The notes beneath the pieces were generated by a model. That model searched no databases, had not been told where the DNA came from, and worked only from the letters and a program-made list of their open reading frames with translations. Of a stretch of DNA of 64,000 bases, positions 9,036-17,551 are shown piece by piece; the first letter of the stretch is position 1; every line of letters starts with the position of its first letter. Position numbers and translations under genes: made by a program. The stretch is from an uncultured Gammaproteobacteria bacterium (lineage in GTDB: Bacteria; Patescibacteriota; Patescibacteriia; Magasanikbacterales; GWA2-37-8): positions 1,212,312-1,276,311 of the forward strand of contig CAZQUL010000001.1 in assembly GCA_964596525.1 (NCBI GenBank), read 5' to 3'.

Positions 9036-12000
9036 TTAGGTATTGATACTAACAAATTTTTTCCAATCTCTTACAGCACTATCCCAATCTTTGTTCGAGA
9101 TAAATCCGGGATCATCATAATTTTTCCTTATCTTATACAGTTGCATTAAGCCCTTTCGCGCAATATTGTACGCCCCGTTTGCATCTCCGTTTGTAATTAC
9201 TGACAAATTACCGTTCATCTCTGATTTTCGAGAATCAAACGAACAAGACGGACACTCTATATAGTCGGCGTCGCTTCCTGTCTTTTCTTTATTGTAATTT
9301 CTTATCTGTGTAATAAGATTGAAGTAGAAAATTATTGCTTGAAAAAACTCAGTTTCCAATATTCTTCCTCTCTCCACCAATTGTTTGCTTATATCTTTCA
9401 GCTCAACACCATTCTTCTGAAATAAAGATTTCAGATTAGTTGTTATGGAGTTACTAACCCCGTCATTAAATTCAATCGTTCTACTTTCAACATCATTCCA
9501 TTTCGTCCTGGAAACATTCGAAAAAACCACATCAACTCCTTCGTAGAAATCATTCTTGCCTTTATTTTTACATTCCTGCTTCCATGCATATTCAAAACTG
9601 AAGCGATCTTTTACCGAATCATAAGAAATTTTAATATCACCAGACTTTAATAATTTAATGATCTTTTCTTTAGACTCAGAATTCTTTATGTGGAGTCTTT
9701 TGCGCCAGCCGCATTTTGGATGAGGGCAAATTTTTGATGTATAACTAGCCGGAATATAAATTACCGCACCAATCTGGTTGTTTTTCTCCATCTGTTCTAC
9801 AGAATCGATTAATGGGGTAAGCTGATATGCCCCTCTAAAATTGGCACGTTCTTTATCGACCAAATAACCAAGCTTATCAATCAAAGATTTTTCAAAAGCT
9901 TGATATACTTGCCTTTCACGGAAAAATCTTGTTTTCTTAAAATTACCACCCAGGTCTTCGAGCACGTTCAACGTGGCAATGCCTCGATCAAAACCAGAAA
10001 AAATCTCACGTGAAATCCAGTGAATTACATTACCCAGATATGCTTCCTTTAAGGATCTGATGGGCGTCATCTTTTGCCAATTCTTCTGCTCCCAGTCCCG
10101 CTGCCCTTCCCGACTTACCAATAGTTGAAAATAATCGACTGGTTCTTTTACCTCAGTGCCGTCGGCTAATTTTCTAACTTTTTCACCGACTTTATTTAAA
10201 CTTCCGCACTTGCGATCCTCAATCTCACCATATTCGTTCAAAATACAATAATAAATAAGATTATTTTCACCCCGATCCATACCTAGGATTCTTACCGGAA
10301 CTTGAGCGATAAGTTTTTTATTTATCTCTTTATTGAATTCATCTAAGTCCATCTGCTTACCGAAATTCAATCGTATTTTAAGATGTAAAATTAAAGCATC
10401 TTTTGCGAACCGCCGGTGCTGTATTACTTCTTTTTCTTTATTTCCATCTCTTTGATCAATAAAAACAATATCTTTTCCGTTTTTTTGATATGTTTTTAAC
10501 CTCACATCTTCCGTCTTTGGACGGAACCTTATTTCTGCCTTTCCATCAAGTTCGTAGATACACTTGCTTGTGTCTTTACTTTTAATATTGGCAATATTCT
10601 CTAAGCTAAAAAGTTCAAAAAAATATTGAGTAAACAGATTTACTTTAGAAGGCAGATTAGCTTGCTTATACGGATTATTTTTACCTAATTTATTTTCAAT
10701 ATCATAAAAATCTTTTGTATGTATCCTGAATAAGAAAAGGCTGCCATCTTTAATATTTTTTTGAACATAATTTTTATTTACTCTTTTCAGATCAATCCAA
10801 TAAGCCTGCCTCTGAACATGAGCAACAAAATCATCTCTATCTTTGTAGTCCTGTGGTCGTCTAAAATTTAGATTAAAGCGTCTCCAGTCGTCCCTTTTTC
10901 CTAAACAGGAAATATAATATTCGATAAGTTGATCCATTTTCTCTTTAGGAAAATTAAAATCTAATCTTTTTTCTTTTTTTCGCAGCTCCTTAAACTCGTC
11001 GTATTCTTTCTTTATGTTTATATATTTCTCTAATTTTTCTAGATCACCATCTAAAAATTCTTCGGCGAGTTTCAACTTCTTATTTTTCAATTCCTCAGGT
11101 TTTTTCTTGTCATTAGCTTTTCCAAAGGCAATGCCCTCGAATTTGCCAATATCAAGTTGTTTGTACTCTATCTTTTCATAATAATCTTCATCATCAGCTA
11201 TATTATAAGCTTCTTTAACCTCTTCAATTTTTTTGCCAAACTTTTTGTGAAATAAATCACCTCTCTTATTCCCAACACCTAAGTAATACTCATTATTCTT
11301 ACGCAGTAGAACGCCGTGATAATCTAGCTCCTTATTCATATCCCACCCATCCAAAAGATGATCGGCACCGAAGTTCAATTTAATTTCTTTTGTAGTATTC
11401 CGAGATCTCTTTTTTAGATAATTGCCAAATTTATCAAAGTAGATAAACGGAACAAAATCATCGCCTATAAACCCGTCAAATTTTTCATAAAAACCTCTAT
11501 CCTTCTCACCTTCATCGATTTTTGTTTCCTGCTCTTCATTCAACCAAAATATTTCTGCTCGTTTTACAATATCTAAGACTGCCCTTGAATAACTAAGAAC
11601 AGCGAGACAGAAATCCCCTTCGTCCTCATCTCTCATTTTTTCATCATTCTTAACTTTATCCTCAAACCATCTGATTGCTTTTTCCAAAACAATCTTTTTC
11701 TGCTCCAAAGGAATTACGGCCTCCTTTTTTCCTCCCATGACTATCGTTTCGCCTCCTAAAATCAATAAATCTACCTCATGTTTCAAAAGTGAGATGAAGA
11801 CCTCAAACTGATCTCTATTTTCAGCGATATTATCAAAGGAATTTTTATATTCCAATCGGTTATTTTTAAAAAAATTCTTGATATCATCAAAAGTAACAAG
11901 GTCTAAAACAGTCCGCCCGTCATGAAAAATAGCCATAAATTTTTCCGGTTCTCGAAAAATCTTATTTGCAAATGTATTTACTTTATTCTTCGCCAAAAAG

Positions 12001-13235
12001 ACTTTGGAAAGATTTATCCCATTCTTATCATGATCCAAAAAGAAGGATAGCAGGCCCTGGGCTTTTGCAACTTTTTCTTCACTATGTACCAAAAAGAAAT
12101 TCAATTCACGGATCAAATCAGAATCATTCTCAATGAATATTTCTTTTCGAAAGATCTGAGAAAGAATTCTTTTCTGCAGACGTACAAAAAAGGGATATTC
12201 CCTTTTGTTAAACTTACTTCTTTCTTGACCTTTTTTCTTCTGTTTTTGAAGTTCCTTATGTTCGCTCTGTTTTTTTTGAATATAAAGGTTAACAACCTGA
12301 TTAAGACCAATACCACTTACCATCCTTTCTTTTTTATGAGATTCACCACCTAAAATTCTTGCATAGTTATCAATACCTTGCTGGGTAATGCAGTTATTAT
12401 AATAGTCAACGTCAAAAATACCAGGCTTCTCGTCTTCATTATTTCGACACAATCTCTCCGTGATTAACGAAAAATCAATATCAGTATTTTTATAGTTATC
12501 TTGGTAATTTTTTATATTCTTGTAAAAGAGCTCAAAATTACTCAAAATCCTTTCACTCAAAGACCCCTTCTTACCTTTTACCGAATAAAGAAGTTCTCTC
12601 TTTTTACAGAAATCAGCTAAATACCCAGCGTCCATTTCAAAAATATTTTTTGGACTACCCTGTTTATCTTGATATTCAATATCAGGAAATTCTAGCTCTT
12701 TATGGTTATTTTTTTCTCGTAAATCCTTTACTTCAGCTGAAGTAAAGCTCTCTTTTAATTTTAAAAGGCATTTTTTTGGAGATAAGTCGTCCGCTCCCGC
12801 CTTTTTAAAAACTCTATCAATTTGCTCTAGCAGAGCACCTTGAGCGAGCAAGAGCCTAGTTTTTAATTCTTTAATTTTCATCTTCTTTTCATTTTTATCA
12901 GAATCTTTATCTTTTTTACCTTGAGCCAAGGCATCTAAAGCAGCGGCATAGTTGAGCAGGTCTTTCTTCTCAAAATTTAAACTTCTCAACGAATTATCAA
13001 TAATCTTTCGATGTAGAATATCTAAATAAAATTTAACAACCTTAATATTCTCGGCCATTTTCTTATCAGCTTCGATAATTCCATGGCTTTTTAAAGCACT
13101 CCATTCTTCATCTTCAACCAGCTCATTAGTTCTATCATCTACTTTCAAGGGGACGAGCCTAAATTGAAGAGTTCTGGATAATTCGTATAAATTTTTAAAC
13201 TCCTCAATCTTACCAACTCCTTTTTCTTTTGACAT
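9036..13235 (-). CDS. cas12a: type V-A effector Cas12a (Cpf1), ~1399 aa
   Basis: FKNLYELSRTLQFRLVP N-terminus; KLNF..LLDGWDMNKE; RuvC-I LGMDRGENNL, RuvC-II VLEDL, RuvC-III NGDANGAYNIARKG; likely ATG 13235. Confidence 0.95.
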   Translation of the reverse strand: MSKEKGVGKIEEFKNLYELSRTLQFRLVPLKVDDRTNELVEDEEWSALKSHGIIEADKKMAENIKVVKFYLDILHRKIIDNSLRSLNFEKKDLLNYAAALDALAQGKKDKDSDKNEKKMKIKELKTRLLLAQGALLEQIDRVFKKAGADDLSPKKCLLKLKESFTSAEVKDLREKNNHKELEFPDIEYQDKQGSPKNIFEMDAGYLADFCKKRELLYSVKGKKGSLSERILSNFELFYKNIKNYQDNYKNTDIDFSLITERLCRNNEDEKPGIFDVDYYNNCITQQGIDNYARILGGESHKKERMVSGIGLNQVVNLYIQKKQSEHKELQKQKKKGQERSKFNKREYPFFVRLQKRILSQIFRKEIFIENDSDLIRELNFFLVHSEEKVAKAQGLLSFFLDHDKNGINLSKVFLAKNKVNTFANKIFREPEKFMAIFHDGRTVLDLVTFDDIKNFFKNNRLEYKNSFDNIAENRDQFEVFISLLKHEVDLLILGGETIVMGGKKEAVIPLEQKKIVLEKAIRWFEDKVKNDEKMRDEDEGDFCLAVLSYSRAVLDIVKRAEIFWLNEEQETKIDEGEKDRGFYEKFDGFIGDDFVPFIYFDKFGNYLKKRSRNTTKEIKLNFGADHLLDGWDMNKELDYHGVLLRKNNEYYLGVGNKRGDLFHKKFGKKIEEVKEAYNIADDEDYYEKIEYKQLDIGKFEGIAFGKANDKKKPEELKNKKLKLAEEFLDGDLEKLEKYINIKKEYDEFKELRKKEKRLDFNFPKEKMDQLIEYYISCLGKRDDWRRFNLNFRRPQDYKDRDDFVAHVQRQAYWIDLKRVNKNYVQKNIKDGSLFLFRIHTKDFYDIENKLGKNNPYKQANLPSKVNLFTQYFFELFSLENIANIKSKDTSKCIYELDGKAEIRFRPKTEDVRLKTYQKNGKDIVFIDQRDGNKEKEVIQHRRFAKDALILHLKIRLNFGKQMDLDEFNKEINKKLIAQVPVRILGMDRGENNLIYYCILNEYGEIEDRKCGSLNKVGEKVRKLADGTEVKEPVDYFQLLVSREGQRDWEQKNWQKMTPIRSLKEAYLGNVIHWISREIFSGFDRGIATLNVLEDLGGNFKKTRFFRERQVYQAFEKSLIDKLGYLVDKERANFRGAYQLTPLIDSVEQMEKNNQIGAVIYIPASYTSKICPHPKCGWRKRLHIKNSESKEKIIKLLKSGDIKISYDSVKDRFSFEYAWKQECKNKGKNDFYEGVDVVFSNVSRTKWNDVESRTIEFNDGVSNSITTNLKSLFQKNGVELKDISKQLVERGRILETEFFQAIIFYFNLITQIRNYNKEKTGSDADYIECPSCSFDSRKSEMNGNLSVITNGDANGAYNIARKGLMQLYKIRKNYDDPGFISNKDWDSAVRDWKKFVSINT

Positions 13236-13264
13236 ATGATATGACTTAAAAAATAACAAAAATC

Positions 13265-13401
13265 AAAAAGGGACGACGGTTGTTGCCCAATAGATGTGCT
13301 TACCAAACGGTTAAGCGCTAAAGGACCGTCGCCCCTTTTTAGTGCCTAACGGCATAAGGGGTGAAGGTAATAACATCTATTGTGGCAACATTCTGACTAT
13401 A
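13265..13401 (-). ncRNA. candidate structured RNA / 5' leader of cas12a with its own -10 box
   Basis: complementary segments 13281-13297/13373-13390 and 13265-13280/13325-13340; TATAGT on the - strand at 13396-13401. Confidence 0.55.
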
Positions 13402-13501
13402 CAGAACTCTGCTCAAAAAATCGAGCACGCCTCATGTGGATAGATTTTTTGGGATTAAAATTTGGACCGATCTTACATGATCCTAGATAAAATAAGAATA
13501 A

Positions 13502-13531
13502 AGTCCCCACTTGAAACTGGGGACTCTTTTT
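13502..13531. terminator. terminator hairpin separating the NUDIX gene from the cas operon
   Basis: AGTCCCCA-cttgaaac-TGGGGACT with T/A-rich flanks. Confidence 0.65.
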
Positions 13532-13565
13532 AGAAGCTAGTTGTTTTAGGAAAAAATAACTATTC

Positions 13566-13970
13566 TTACTGCCCACTCCACACCACTCCCCCACCCTCCC
13601 CTTTCTCAAAAAACTCCACCACTCTTTGTCTTTGCCGTGCTTTAAATGTCTCTGGAAGCTCATCGAGTGAAAAATACCCCACCATATCCGCCTCATCGCT
13701 CGTGGTAGGAACTTCATCGGTAGCGTAACCCAAAAAGGTAAACACTAAATCATTCTCTTTGGGTTTAAAATCCACACGTAAAAGCTTCTCGAGTTGTATA
13801 GTCGTGAGTCCGACCTCTTCTTTGATTTCGCGTATAGCCGCATCCCAGGGCGACTCCCCTTCTTCAACATGTCCGCCCGGGAGGTTCCAGGCGTCCCGGT
13901 CGCGACGGTGACACAAGAGGATTTTGTTGGTTTTCTGGTCAAGAATGATGGTGAAAGCGCCGAGGGTCAT
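13566..13970 (-). CDS. NUDIX hydrolase
   Basis: Nudix box WNLPGGHVEEGESPWDAAIREIKEEVG. Confidence 0.92.
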   Translation of the reverse strand: MTLGAFTIILDQKTNKILLCHRRDRDAWNLPGGHVEEGESPWDAAIREIKEEVGLTTIQLEKLLRVDFKPKENDLVFTFLGYATDEVPTTSDEADMVGYFSLDELPETFKARQRQRVVEFFEKGEGGGVVWSGQ

Positions 13971-14707
13971 AGCTGCTGGTCTACTGAGTTAATACAGCAC
14001 ACGTCTGGCCCTGCGATTGAATCACCAAACACAACGGTAACAACGGCGACGCGCAAATCTTCATTTCCTGGGGTAGGCGCAAGAGCGGCATACACATGAC
14101 CCGCGATTTCTTGCGCAGTACCCCCTTGTACATTAACCGCAAGCGGGCCACCAATAAACGACGGAGTCGGACGGATATTTGGGCCATTATACGTGGAAAT
14201 GAGCTGAAGTGCATTTGAAGAATCTGTGATGCTATAACAAGCATGCTCAGGGTTTTCACGGCCGTCGTTGCGAGTGCTATGCAGAGCACCGCTCCACGCG
14301 CCATTGGTTTGTAACCAACAGCCGGTTATGCGCGGCGTGGAGTATTTATCTGGTTCGAAGGAAGTATTTTTTAAATCGTGGTTTAGTTGTTCCTCGGCGG
14401 AAATGGCGCGCAGATTGGTAATCAAATCGGTTTGGCGTCCGTTTCCCATGATTAAACCATTGGGAAAGAAATAAACGGCGGTGTAGTCGAGGAGGGTAAG
14501 ATCGCCTTGGGCCATAATGGTGCGATCGGTTGGTTCTACGTGCACGCGGGTATGGTCTGGGCTCAGCACATACCGTTTTACTCGACTAGCCTGACTGCGC
14601 GCCGTTACGCCATACACCGCGATATGGTGGTTATTTTTAACACCTAAAATAAGGAACCTACCAGGGTACGGTCTTTGTTTAAAAAATTCGGGGAGGTTGA
14701 TAGTCAT
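13967..14707 (-). CDS. IMP cyclohydrolase-like protein (PurO family)
   Basis: YPGRFLILG, RSQASR, GNGRQTD, FEPD..STPRITG motifs. Confidence 0.75.
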   Translation of the reverse strand: MTINLPEFFKQRPYPGRFLILGVKNNHHIAVYGVTARSQASRVKRYVLSPDHTRVHVEPTDRTIMAQGDLTLLDYTAVYFFPNGLIMGNGRQTDLITNLRAISAEEQLNHDLKNTSFEPDKYSTPRITGCWLQTNGAWSGALHSTRNDGRENPEHACYSITDSSNALQLISTYNGPNIRPTPSFIGGPLAVNVQGGTAQEIAGHVYAALAPTPGNEDLRVAVVTVVFGDSIAGPDVCCINSVDQQL

Positions 14708-14760
14708 AAAAAGAGGTATTCTGATAACAGAAAACCACCTGTATCACAGATGGTCAAGTC

Positions 14761-16611
14761 TTAGCACCCCGGCGGCAGGCCGCAGGAGTTAATAGCAACA
14801 ACGTCAGCCCGGGCCGATGGTTCGCAGACCGCGCCCGCGACGGATTCACTGAAGGGCGTAAAAAGATGCGACTGCGAGCCGGAGGCAGAAAAACGCTGGC
14901 GATAGAGCGGGCAGGTGTTCATATACGGCGTCCGCTTGGGCGTTCGGGGGCCCATTCCGGAGTTGAAGAAATGTCCCAACTCGAGGAAGCAGTTCCACCC
15001 GAGCCCTTCGAGTGCGGTTCGTTCACCACCGTCTTTTTTGGTAATGACATGGTCGATGCCGCGACTGCACTGCACCCAGAGCGATGTGCTACCATCACTC
15101 CACGCTACGGCCGGAACCGCGAATAAGGTGAACTCGCGATCGTAGGCCGCGCAGGCAAACGGTGGTGTGGAACCAACGCCGTAACATCGTGCGCCGGTGA
15201 TAGGATCTTTGAAGCGGGTGATCCACTTCCAGCACGTCGTTGGATCATCGATAATGCCGTTGCCGTCGTCGTCAAATCCGTTGCAGACTTCGGTAGGGCG
15301 GGTCATATCGGTTGCACCCAAATCACGAGGTGGCATCGCCATGTCCGGCACCATGCCTGAACTGTCCTTGCAGGCGTTGCCGCTGCAGCCGTAGGGGCAC
15401 GACGTGAAGGTGAAAGAGCACCCGTCGTTCGCGCACTGGAAGACGCGCGAAGAATCCGCGCAGTAGACGGAGTACGGCGTGCAGGACAGTGCCCGGCAGG
15501 TCGCACCGTTACAGCCGCAGATGCAGGCTTCGGGGCGGCAGCTGGGGGTGAGGTCGGGTGGGGGTGGTGGGGTGGACATGTCTTTGGGTGGTGGGAGAGA
15601 GAGGTCGGGAGGGGTGGGCGGAGCAGAATTAGCCCCGACACAACTTCCAGCACTAGCGCAGGTGGTTTTTGAACACCAATCAAGGATTTCCACATCTCCA
15701 TCAGGAGAACAGGTGAGAAGAGCTGCGTTTTCGTAGATGGAATAGGCATCTTTACACCTGACAGCCCCCGGCACGCATATCTTGGTCGCCTGTAGCGCTA
15801 CCCCTTCAGATCCAATAAGGCGCTGATAGGCTAAAACCAGCGACCAATAAGGTGGGACATAGGCAAAATCCTGGTTGTCGCGCAAGTATTTTCCATCTTC
15901 ACCCTTCTCTCGTTTTAGAATACCGAAGTGCAGGTGAACAGAGGTAGGCTGAACCGCGACTTGAGAAACGAAACCGATAACCTGGCCACGCTTAACTTCC
16001 TGGCCAATTTTAAGAGTTACTCTTTGAAGCACCCTGGTCACTATCTTCCTTTTACCGTCGACAATAACTTCTATATCTTCTTCCTGTGTTGCCGACATGT
16101 GAAGATACTCATAACGCCTTCCATCGTCCAGAGTTCGCAAACCGACTCCACCATTTGTCGCCCACGATGTCCACCTGACCACGGAATCTTCAACAGCAAC
16201 GACCTCATACCAGGCCTTCCTTTTGCTAGCGGGCCTGATATCCTGACCCTGGTGCGCCCAATGACTCGGGCATAACTTTGCCGAGTGAACATTATCATCG
16301 CGTCTCTCGCAAAAGTTATCGCGCCAAGGGTAACGGAAATTAACCGGATTGGCCCACCAATAGTCCGTATTTTTGTAACCACTCCCTCCCGGACTATAGT
16401 ACTGGGAGTTAAGGTAGGCCGGAGCTTTAAGCGGAAATACTATATCAGGAGCGTGGACCGTAAAATCCACCAGTCCGGTACCGCCATTAAAGGCAGCCGA
16501 CTCCTTGAGCAGATTTCCGGGTGGATAAAAAGAAAAAATTTCCGTCTCGGCCCTTACCTTATTTGCGTAAGAGAGAAGGATGAAAAGTGCGCTTATCGCC
16601 GTTGTACGCAT
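14761..16611 (-). CDS. secreted M23-family peptidase with Pro-rich linker and Cys-rich C-terminal domains
   Basis: HQGQDI, YLHM, VKRGQVIGFV, HLHF; PPDL/DMS linker; EVCNGFDDDGNGIIDD motif. Confidence 0.85.
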   Translation of the reverse strand: MRTTAISALFILLSYANKVRAETEIFSFYPPGNLLKESAAFNGGTGLVDFTVHAPDIVFPLKAPAYLNSQYYSPGGSGYKNTDYWWANPVNFRYPWRDNFCERRDDNVHSAKLCPSHWAHQGQDIRPASKRKAWYEVVAVEDSVVRWTSWATNGGVGLRTLDDGRRYEYLHMSATQEEDIEVIVDGKRKIVTRVLQRVTLKIGQEVKRGQVIGFVSQVAVQPTSVHLHFGILKREKGEDGKYLRDNQDFAYVPPYWSLVLAYQRLIGSEGVALQATKICVPGAVRCKDAYSIYENAALLTCSPDGDVEILDWCSKTTCASAGSCVGANSAPPTPPDLSLPPPKDMSTPPPPPDLTPSCRPEACICGCNGATCRALSCTPYSVYCADSSRVFQCANDGCSFTFTSCPYGCSGNACKDSSGMVPDMAMPPRDLGATDMTRPTEVCNGFDDDGNGIIDDPTTCWKWITRFKDPITGARCYGVGSTPPFACAAYDREFTLFAVPAVAWSDGSTSLWVQCSRGIDHVITKKDGGERTALEGLGWNCFLELGHFFNSGMGPRTPKRTPYMNTCPLYRQRFSASGSQSHLFTPFSESVAGAVCEPSARADVVAINSCGLPPGC

Positions 16612-16650
16612 GGTAACCCTCTTTGTTTTCTAGAAGTGTTTAACTTCTGA

Positions 16651-17319
16651 TTACTTACCACTTCCACCTACGTAAACCAAGCTTTCAATGAAAGACCTAA
16701 CGTAGGAGTCCTGCAAGCAACGCTGGTCGTTTATTGTGGAGCAGACCAGGACAATCGAGTAAGCCACATCACCGTTTTCCACCCAGTCTGCAGTTAACGG
16801 AGCCCCTTCACGCCCACCATCACCGGTAATCCAACCGATCGAAACTTTCCGCTTTCCAATCATTAAATAATCATCTTTCGGACGATTAGGATCGGAAAGA
16901 TAAGCGGGGACTGGAGCATTGGACCGAGTACTAACGTTTGTAGCATCGATGGTGAAGTCTAATCCGTTAACTGGCTCTGTAGACCCAAAGCCATAACTAA
17001 CATCGGTAGGATGCATCATGATTCCGGCAGCCAAAAGCTTGGGATCACTCGGAACGAGGACTGGTACACCGGAAAGTGATACTTTAGCACGTTCTTCGGT
17101 CTTGATTTGGGCAAGGGCAGTTTGACTGACCGATGACACTGACGGCCATTCAACGGGACCGATAACCCGTTCTGAAGTATACCTCGGAACACTCGTCGTA
17201 GCTTTCGGATACGCTTCACCGCCCGGGGTAAACCCATTACACCGCATGCCCACGAGGGCAAGCGTGCCGAGGCCGAGAGTGATGAGAAAGGTGCGCAGAT
17301 GAGAAGAAGAGGTTTTCAT
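16651..17319 (-). CDS. secreted or lipoprotein-like hypothetical protein, upstream of the M23 gene
   Basis: ATG 17319 with AAGGAG SD (alternative in-frame ATG 17400); LGTLALVGMRC signal. Confidence 0.65.
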   Translation of the reverse strand: MKTSSSHLRTFLITLGLGTLALVGMRCNGFTPGGEAYPKATTSVPRYTSERVIGPVEWPSVSSVSQTALAQIKTEERAKVSLSGVPVLVPSDPKLLAAGIMMHPTDVSYGFGSTEPVNGLDFTIDATNVSTRSNAPVPAYLSDPNRPKDDYLMIGKRKVSIGWITGDGGREGAPLTADWVENGDVAYSIVLVCSTINDQRCLQDSYVRSFIESLVYVGGSGK

Positions 17320-17551
17320 AGAGTTCTCCTTAGTGCCACGCGATGTGGCAAGGTGACTAGATTGTTGAGGCAGTGTAGCACGACGCGGTGAAGTAGTCAT
17401 AGCGAACTCCTCGGGCTGAGTTGTCAACGAGCGAACTGAGGCAACAAAAAAGCTGCCGAGCATGCAGCAGCGCGTCCCCCATTGAGAACAACCTACACCA
17501 TAAAAAAATGTTGTAAAGGGTTTGCTGTGGAAGATAAATAAAAGATAAAAT

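Noticed and set aside
9036-13235. Calling the effector Cas12a2/Cms1 because of the Zn ribbon
   Set aside because: REC, WED and bridge-helix motifs (TQQGIDNY, GLNQVVNLY, GWDMNKE, ERQVYQAFEK) and a Nuc region are Cas12a-type
13281-13297. Conventional tracrRNA anti-repeat in the cas12a upstream RNA
   Set aside because: Only about 5 nt (ATCTA) are complementary to the repeat; no extended anti-repeat was seen near the locus
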